DNA of 64,000 bases from Anthoceros angustus (taxonomy: Eukaryota; Plantae; Anthocerotophyta): assembly GCA_010909165.1 (NCBI GenBank), contig MU008161.1, positions 682,001 through 746,000 on the forward strand. The letters are read 5' to 3'. Below the pieces are notes generated by a model. That model was given only the letters and a program-made list of their open reading frames with translations, searched no databases and was not told the origin of the DNA. Numbering within the stretch: position 1 is the first letter of the stretch; every line of letters begins with the position of its first letter. Of the stretch, positions 56,401-64,000 are shown piece after piece. A program made the translations under genes and the position numbers.

Positions 56401-56901
56401 ATGATCAGGCCTCGCTCGGTTCTGAGAAAGGTGGTCAACTATGTTCGGCATGATCTCCGTGAGATTGTGTTCCCTTCTTCACTGCCTGACCCGCCTGAGA
56501 GGCAGGCGAAGCTCAAGAGGAAGCTCACTTGGAAGGAGCACCTGTGGGTGTGGAGGATGAGTGTTAAGCTGTATGTGGAGTCCTGGAGGGGTGACTCTTT
56601 GAGTTTCCTGGACGATGAAAAAGACAAACACGCCGGCAAGGAGAAGGGGCAAGAGAGGGAGGATGCCAAACGGGAACCTACGGTGGTGGAGGAGGTTGCA
56701 TTAGCAGCTAGATTAGGGGCAGAGAATGTGAAGCCTGCACTTCAACGCATATATCTCACCAGAGCAAAGGCTTACAAGGATGCTTTAAGTAGTTTTGTAC
56801 AGGGTTATCAAGAGGGAGTAACAGAGGTGATGGGTGAGAAGGATCCCAAGGTGGAGGCTCAGAGGACTACCGGATCGGAGAATCCTCAGAACACGAACTG
56901 A
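56401..56901 (+). CDS. Conserved small plant protein, EMB2735-like (name recalled from memory)
   Basis: DLREIVFPSSLPDPP, KRKLTW, KPALQRIYLTRAKAYKDALSSFVQGYQEG. Confidence 0.75.
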   Translation: MIRPRSVLRKVVNYVRHDLREIVFPSSLPDPPERQAKLKRKLTWKEHLWVWRMSVKLYVESWRGDSLSFLDDEKDKHAGKEKGQEREDAKREPTVVEEVALAARLGAENVKPALQRIYLTRAKAYKDALSSFVQGYQEGVTEVMGEKDPKVEAQRTTGSENPQNTN

Positions 56902-57763
56902 GCCACAAAAGTTTGGAAATATCTTGTTCCATCCTGGGGTTGCACTTACCAGATTACATGTATGTACATTACAGAGGTCCTGTAATGTAGGACTCTTGAA
57001 TGAAACGTTCAAATACTTGGGCCCCAATCTTCCCTCTACGTTCGTTGTGATTGTTGGCATCTCATCAGTAGTTCTGCTCTGGTTACGCGATCATGGGTGC
57101 AATCTGCGAGCAGAGATGATCGCGCTGCCCCACAGGTGTAGCATGACCTATGTGAGTGTACGTATTAGGGTTACTCTCTGCACGTCTGAGAAGAGGGCAG
57201 TTGCTCTGCTGGAGCCTTACATGGCCTAGGCCTTATTAGCTGTCTGCACTTTCAGGTCGCACTCTGGGTGGACACATGTTCCTACTCATACCCGCGGACT
57301 CGAGTCGTGATAGTTGTCTCATCGAAAGTGACGCGTTGTGGGGCCGGTGAATCGGCCCTACAGGCAGACTCACAATTCGAGGGCCATTTGGACACGTTAC
57401 CTGTTCAATGTGCGAAAACACGGCAGTCTTCCTGAGAAACTTTCACAGGGGCCGAGACTGATTTGAAGCAATGTGGCTACATTCGAGGCAATGATCGGGG
57501 GTACCAGTAAGACGGCTTGTCGGGATGGCAGAACTGGAATTCGCTGGGAAGGAGGAGAAAACCCTTCTCTTCCGGGCACAGCAGAGTGATAATGTTCTCA
57601 CCGGGATTCGGTTCCAGAATTTCGGGAATGCGATAGCTGCAGCCTGCAATATCTAACCTTAACTAAACTCTAGCTCCTGATAAAATGTTCAACACACAAA
57701 AGTAGGTGGTACATAAAAAAGTATCTAGGACAAAAACAGTCGTGTGTCAGATTTGCAGTAACG

Positions 57764-59437
57764 TCAGACGATACCACAGCAGAGTGAGACACCTCTCGTC
57801 CTGCCCCAATCATCTCTCCCTAGGATAAACCAGCGGATGGCTAAGTGCCCCGCTGCATGGGTAATGAAAGATACCAACAACATCCCGGCCGCAACCATCA
57901 ACGCTACCCGTGGTAGAATGGCAGTTACATCACAAATGTGAGGCAGGGCAGGTATCAAAATCGCAAGACCTGCCATGCCCAGTTCATACAACGCTGTCTC
58001 CAAATCCCAAAATGCTGGATCCTCCTTCCCTCCACGGCCTTTGGAGAAGCTCTTATCATGCGACAGTTCAGACGAGCTGGAGGCCATGGAAGCCCCCGTC
58101 CTCCTGCCAAGCAAATAGATAGCCTCCAAGTATGTTCCAAACATTACGAGGAACGAAAAGAACGTCCACTCATACACTAAAATCATGCCTGTCCATGGAG
58201 TCACCTGGAACGGCACAATCACAAATGCAAATCCTAATGACAGAAGAGCTATAGCGAAGCACGCACACACAGACCAGAAAACCAGGAATGGCGGCAATCT
58301 GTTGTTTCCGGATCCTGACACCCCAGCACTGATTCCATGTGGAGGGGACACACTCAGGGAGCTATAGATTGGGCTGCTGCCGGAGCAGCACTTGTGCCAC
58401 AGCTGACGGCAAAATCCCAACCATGCTCCATTGCACATCCCCCTCAAGGCCTGAAGGAGCAACTTCCGATAGCCGACAGCTAGCAGGAAGATTGGAAGAT
58501 ACGTGAGGACAATAACAATGAGGCCATTTCGATAGGTGGAGCCACCTCCAACTCCAGGCACACTCTCCTCCAGGCTCAACCGGATCTTGTGCCACTGATC
58601 TACGGGCTTCAGAAGCCAGGCGGTCCACCAATCCCAAGGCTTCAGGGGGCCCAAAGTGTAGTGTAACACTTTCAGCTCCCTCTCGTCGAACATCCACTTG
58701 TTGCCCATCACATACAAACCGACGTCCCCGTTGTAATAAGTAGACAACCGCTCCATATCCGGCCGAGGCCCTGCCTCACGAGCCTCGGCAGAGAGCTTCG
58801 GGTCAAACAACTTGGCATTCGGAAAGTCCGCATAGTAAGAGTTCAGGAAACCCTGATCTCCGCCGGTGTAGGAATAGAGCTGCGTGACCTTAGCGAGCAT
58901 ATCCTCAAACAGAGCAGTGGACGGCTCCACTACCATAACTCCGGAATTCAGTCTCTCCGAATGCTTCAAGTTGGCACAAAACGAGGAGCACTGAAACAAC
59001 TCCTCAATGGGTTGAACCACAATGGTGTCAGCGTCCAAGTACACCACCTTTTTGTACTGGGTCATATTGAACACATACAGCTTCGTGTACACTCCCCAGA
59101 ATCTGGCTGGCCGCTTGTCTTCGGCGTTGGGATTCTCCAGCAAGCTGATGCGCTCCACTATCCACCCATCAGCCGACAGCGTCTCCACAGACTCCTCTGA
59201 CACGCCCTGTGACACCAGCACCACCATGTCTTTTCTGGCCCCTACATCCCGCAACGACTTTCCCAGCACCCGCGCACCCAGAACAAACTCGTCGCCATAC
59301 AGCAGGGTGGCATACGCCTCTGCAGATCTTTGCAGCACGGCGCGTCGGCCGTTGGACGCATCCACAGCCGTTGTCAGGAGCAACAACACCAGCAAGGCAG
59401 CCGCAGCCATCCGGCAAGCAGCATCTTGCGGCGCCAT
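57764..59437 (-). CDS. IPUT1: Inositol phosphorylceramide glucuronosyltransferase (GT8, PGSIP6), intronless
   Basis: Signal peptide, AYATLLYGDEFVLG, YLDADT, SYTGGDQGFLN, HYTLGPLKPWDWW and C-terminal TM helices. Confidence 0.92.
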   Translation of the reverse strand: MAPQDAACRMAAAALLVLLLLTTAVDASNGRRAVLQRSAEAYATLLYGDEFVLGARVLGKSLRDVGARKDMVVLVSQGVSEESVETLSADGWIVERISLLENPNAEDKRPARFWGVYTKLYVFNMTQYKKVVYLDADTIVVQPIEELFQCSSFCANLKHSERLNSGVMVVEPSTALFEDMLAKVTQLYSYTGGDQGFLNSYYADFPNAKLFDPKLSAEAREAGPRPDMERLSTYYNGDVGLYVMGNKWMFDERELKVLHYTLGPLKPWDWWTAWLLKPVDQWHKIRLSLEESVPGVGGGSTYRNGLIVIVLTYLPIFLLAVGYRKLLLQALRGMCNGAWLGFCRQLWHKCCSGSSPIYSSLSVSPPHGISAGVSGSGNNRLPPFLVFWSVCACFAIALLSLGFAFVIVPFQVTPWTGMILVYEWTFFSFLVMFGTYLEAIYLLGRRTGASMASSSSELSHDKSFSKGRGGKEDPAFWDLETALYELGMAGLAILIPALPHICDVTAILPRVALMVAAGMLLVSFITHAAGHLAIRWFILGRDDWGRTRGVSLCCGIV

Positions 59438-60055
59438 GGACTCCTTCAGGATCAATACATGCTTCCCTCCCACCGCATCGCCTTGCGACGGTCGTGAACC
59501 CGGCAGACGATGAATCCCAATAAGACAACACCTGCGCACCAAGTACCAGCCAAGCCAAGCCAGGCCCAGGCGCCAAGCCTCACCGCACAAAGAAGTACAC
59601 GGTAGACAAAAAAAATGACGACTTGGGTTTAACCATGGCTCTCTTAACACCCTCCATTTGTAGGCTACCTAGTTCCAACCGGTCCAGAAGTTACTATTTT
59701 ACTCAGACTTCCATATCCTGATCCACCAATCCAGTAATCAGACGACGGAATTATCCCACTCGCCCCTCGCCACTCGCACGGTTAACAAACCCTGACGCCA
59801 AGGGCAGAGCATGCTGCAGATTCCGCCTCCTCCTTGCACAACGCGCATGACGGGTGACAACACCGTGGAATGGCTGCTACCGCCGTCTCATTCATTCAAC
59901 GAACAGCTACCTACAGCCTCAGCCTGAGAAAAAAAATGCCGGGTACGCTCTCCCTTAATGAGATCATCTATCTAGCTAGCCAAATATGAATGTACACTTC
60001 CGAAAGAAGAATCTCCGTGTATCTCAACCTGTGCTCTCCACCTCCGCTGTGCTCC

Positions 60056-60764
60056 TCACCTGGCCTGTCCCTTGGCATCCGGCAGCGTTTTCCACACTCT
60101 CTCAGGCACGTCCTTGAGATACCTCCACTCTCGCTTGTGAACTCCACCTATCCTTTGAGCCTTTTCCGCTGCAATGCCTGCAAACAAAACGGCAACACAT
60201 ATCAGACACAGTCGTCACATCACACTTGCCAAAACAAGAGAAACGCAAGATGCAGTCACCTGCATCGTGAAAGACTCCCCAAGCTGAACCATGCCGACTA
60301 TCCTGTCACGCCAAAAGCCTACAAACGGTCATACCAGCAGCGGAATACCCTAACAAAACAGAGGAAAATCTTGCCGCACAGGAAGCTAGAGCGACCTTAT
60401 TCAATTTGATGTCCGTGATCTCGTAGAAGGTGTCCGCACGCCAGTGCTTCTTAGCCATTTTGGCTCCGACGCCCCAGCCCGGCAGGAACTGCGCCACCTC
60501 AAACAGGTTCCTGCCCTTGTACACCCGCTTTTTCGCAGCAGCTGGAACCGTCACCACGGCGGCGTCGGGAGGTATTGCCCCGCCATCCTTCCTCCGCACA
60601 GCTTTGGTGGCCAATGCACGCAAACCACCTTCCTGCGCACCATAACCAGATGCTTCCAAACCGATGCCGACCACGCCGCTAGACCTACACGACGAGGAAG
60701 AAGAGGAGACAAGCCTCCGCAGCGCCGAAGAAGCGGCGCATGATCCAGCAGGCCCGCACGCCAT
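60056..60764 (-). CDS. Mitochondrial ribosomal protein mS34-like, 3 exons
   Basis: RNLFEVAQFLPGWGVG...HW...FYEIT / HGSAWGVFH / IGGVHKREWRY. Confidence 0.78.
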
Positions 60765-61110
60765 AGCCGGGAATTTCACGCCTGATGCTGAAGCGGATGC
60801 TGATCCTGCTGCTGCTCCATCGAGTCCTCGCTCGCGGCGTGCTCCTTGCAACGCGATCCGATTGGTTTGAAGCCCTAGCTCTAAAGTTTACTTGACCCGG
60901 GGTTTCTTGCTGATCGAAAGGGCACTTTTTAGACCTGGCGCAGCGTGCCGGGTCATCGATGTTGCTGTAGACAGCAGGACGGTTTATCCACGGACCGCCC
61001 AGCCTACCGATTCGGGGATGAGGAAGTGAGGAAGGAAGGAAGAAAGCAAGGCCCCGGCAGCTGAGCTTCGTCATCCGATTCCTCGTCTCGCTGCGAGGCA
61101 AGCTGAATTC

Positions 61111-62178
61111 ATGGCGTCCACATCTGTTGCTGCGCCCTGCTGCAGCTGGCAGTCCAGTTGCGGGAGCCAGCATCGGGGCGGGGTGATGGGCAGAGGAGGC
61201 ATGCTGGGGAGGCCAGCCATCTCCAGGCTGGGACTATCAGTTCGTTGCTCTGGTGACGCACATTCGTGCCATTTGCGGTGCCAGCCGCATTGGATCGTGA
61301 TTTGTGACAGACTCCTGTGTGGATTGGATTGCTGGAGTTTGACTGGCGTTGGGTGACGTCATTGTGGCAGCATTGCGGGACGAGGAAGCGGAACGCTCCA
61401 GCAGCAACCAGAGCTCCGGATTCGCCACGCTGCGGAATTTGGCGTGTGGGCTGTGCGCTGCTATCACTGTCTCAACGGCGTTGCCCTCGCTTGGCGACTC
61501 CTCTTATGTATGGTTGCTTTGGCTTAGGCAATGCTAGCGCTGAGGTGCGTTTGTGAGACGCATTTGCTTTCTGTTTTACTGACTGCTGGGTTGTGGTGGG
61601 GTGAAGGTAAGGCTGCCGCCGTTGTCTAAGGATCCTGCACGATGTGAGAAGGCATTCGTAGGCAACACAATCGGTCAGGCTAATGGAGTTGCGGACAAAT
61701 TATTGGATCTGCGATTTTGTGACTATTCGAACGATAAGACAAATCTCAAGGGGAAGACTCTGTCAGCAGCGCTAATGGCCGATGCCAAATTCGATGGAGC
61801 GGATCTGACTGAAGTCATCATGTCCAAGGCGTATGCAGTGGGCGCCAGCTTCATCGGTCGGTGCCCCGCGCTTTGCTTCTAATTCTGACGACTCGCGGAC
61901 TCTCGTGTTATGCCTGTGGGTCTGAAAATATCGTGTTTGTTTCTGCAGGGGCAGATTTTACAAACGCGGTTGTGGACAGGGTTGTCTTTGACAACGCCGA
62001 TATGAGGAATGTGAAATTCATCAATACGGTTTTGTCGGGCTCAACGTTTGATGGAGCGAATCTGGAAGGAGCAGATTTCGAAGATGCTCTCATCGGATAT
62101 GTGGATATCCAAAAGCTCTGTAGGAACCCAACACTGCCTGAGGACAGCAGGGACCTGTTAGGGTGCAAACGGCGTTGA
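61111..62178 (+). CDS. TL17: Thylakoid lumen 17.4 kDa pentapeptide-repeat protein, 4 exons, apparent 1-nt frameshift in exon 2
   Basis: RLPPLSKDPARCEKAFVGNTIGQANGV, pentapeptide repeats (ADFTNAVVDR), and an ASA lumenal processing site. Confidence 0.88.
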
Positions 62179-62688
62179 TTGTGCGTCTGGCACGTCCGCT
62201 GTCGTCATTTATGCATTTGTAGAGTTCCACGTCGTAAACGCCACTAGTCACATGAATTGCATAAAGCTCCCGGCTTTATTAGGTCTCACGCAGATTCATC
62301 AGGTCAGCGTCAAGTGTACAATGGTACCAACAAGCTGGTACTCCTGAAACTCGTATGACCCCAATCAATAAGGCCATAGGCATTGAATCATTGACTAAAT
62401 AACCAGTACTGACTTGCATCTCTCGCTATGGGACTTGACCAAAGGCTAACGATTAGACATGACAGTTCAAAATTTCGATTCAGCCCCACAAGAAAACAGA
62501 GAGATGACGGTAAGTTAGCATTCTGTGTTTCAAAAAATGAAACGAGCTACAGCAATCAGACTTGTCTTTCCAAGTACCCCCTAACTACATTATATGACAA
62601 AGCCTTCCTGGTTTTGATGAGTCCTAAAACCTTGAAAGCAGCCAAAGGCAATTTTTTACATCAGCCATGCCGTTTGTTAGGACTGCCA

Positions 62689-63545
62689 TTAATTTCTGCC
62701 ATATGGATGATATCGTCCATTGCTGTTACTGGTGCCATAGCCCCGACTGCTGCCATATCCACCACTATAGCCCCCACTGGAGCCGTAACCACCACCATAT
62801 CCACTGCCACTGTAGCTCCCATAACCACCCATGCTTCCATATCCTTCAGTACCATCGTAACCACCCATCATGCCACTGGCGTAACCACCACTTAGGCCCC
62901 CCCCATAGCCTAAGCTGCCTCCATATCCTCCACCAAGGGAACCACTGCCGTAGCTTCCGACACCAATCCCACTGCCTCCATAGGCTCCTCCATATCCTCC
63001 ACTTCCATAGCCCCCACCGTAACCGCCGCTGCCATAGCCACCGCCGTAGCCACCTCCTCGTCCCCCATAAGCTCCACCGGACCTGTAGGAACCACTGCTG
63101 TACCCACCACTGATAGCGCCATAGCCCCCCTCTGCAGCATAACCACCATAGCTGCCACTGCTAGGACCATAACCGCCACCCCTGCTACCAGGTCCATAGC
63201 CAGGACTTTCTTGCATCGTCCGTTTGGGTTCTGCTTTCTTTATCTCAACCTAAATGACCAATAATGGAGTTCAGGGAATCCAGGCATAAGCCGTGCGCAA
63301 TATGATATCACAGCAGAGCCAACATTCTCAGCACAGGGAACGAACAAAAGCAGTCAAAGAAAGTCAATTACCTGCTTTCCACCCAGCTCATGCATCTTGC
63401 CATGAGCAAGGATCTCTTCTACGGTCTGCTCATTATCGAAGGTTACAAAACCAAAACCTCTCGACCTGCCAGTGCTGTGATCCTGCATGATCTGATGCTC
63501 CACAACATTGCCGAACCGCGTGAAGTAACTTTTAAATTCATCTGC
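62689..63545 (-). CDS. hnRNP A/B-like RNA-binding protein, 3' exons only (RRM2 plus Gly/Tyr/Ser-rich tail); the gene continues off-window
   Basis: EFKSYFTRFG...RSRGFGFVTF...GKQ/VEIKKAEPKR, GGY repeats, terminal RYHPYGRN. Confidence 0.88.
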
Positions 63546-64000
63546 ATACGAAATGCCCACACAACAAAATCATTTCAGGGTCACAACACGAACATCATGA
63601 CAGGTATCTTCCCACAAAAGTGTAACAGAAACACTATCAAGCAGAAATTCACCATACGCCCAACATGTTGCCACCCATGCACATGGGGATACCTTGGGCA
63701 ACACACAAGAGTACAACATGGGCAACCACACAGCATGTCAAAGCTACAAAACAAAGATGAAGTATGCAGAATAAAGCAGTAATCACAGCATCTCCAAAGT
63801 AGGGCCCCTGCGCTGCTCGTACACCTGAAGCGTGAGGAGGGAGCCTCACATGAACTTTGGGCCATAGCATCTAAATCCATGGCTTGAGCAGAGGGTGAAG
63901 TTTTCACTATGGCGTGTATGACCACTACCACCCCACTAAAGTAGTACTAGAGTACCAAAGATCCAAAGAGAACTACTTCTAACATAGATCATAAGCATAC

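Larger units (their letters stand above)
55091..57413 (+). repeat. Direct tandem duplication, units 55091-56249 and 56250-57413
   Basis: The units are identical by eye except for five 1-nt homopolymer shortenings in copy 1. Confidence 0.95.

Overview
Gene-dense nuclear DNA from a non-seed land plant, most likely a hornwort (Anthoceros-like). This is an inference from about 20 protein genes in 64 kb, mostly 80-170 nt introns, three PLS-class PPR genes with a 'PGQSWW'-type box, and a flagellar-type EF-hand/WD40 gene. Contents in order: ALMT (runs off the left edge), condensin CAP-H, tRNA-Pro(AGG), HPP/NITR2, an orphan coiled-coil ORF, PPR1, CID (PAM2 plus 2 RRM), a decayed copy of the ValRS 3' end, tRNA-Ile(AAT) with an array amplified from its 3' trailer, a rearranged Galadriel-like Ty3 element, organellar ValRS, PPR2, tRNA-Gln(CTG), YLMG1, an AT-rich island, a dirigent relic, SCO1, ClpR4, a tail-to-tail pair of SAUL1-like U-box/ARM genes, a WDR49-like gene, PPR3 with an eroded DYW relic, EAF6, a tandemly duplicated EMB2735-like gene, IPUT1, mS34, TL17, and the 3' part of an hnRNP A/B-like gene. 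Best leads: (1) the tRNA-trailer array with a tRNA-adjacent retroelement; (2) a shared long, palindrome-containing trailer on all three tRNA genes; (3) possible co-transcription of EAF6 and the EMB2735-like gene; (4) three stages of DYW loss among the PPR paralogs. Several 1-nt homopolymer indels suggest unpolished long-read errors. All family calls come from motif recognition by eye; no searches were run.
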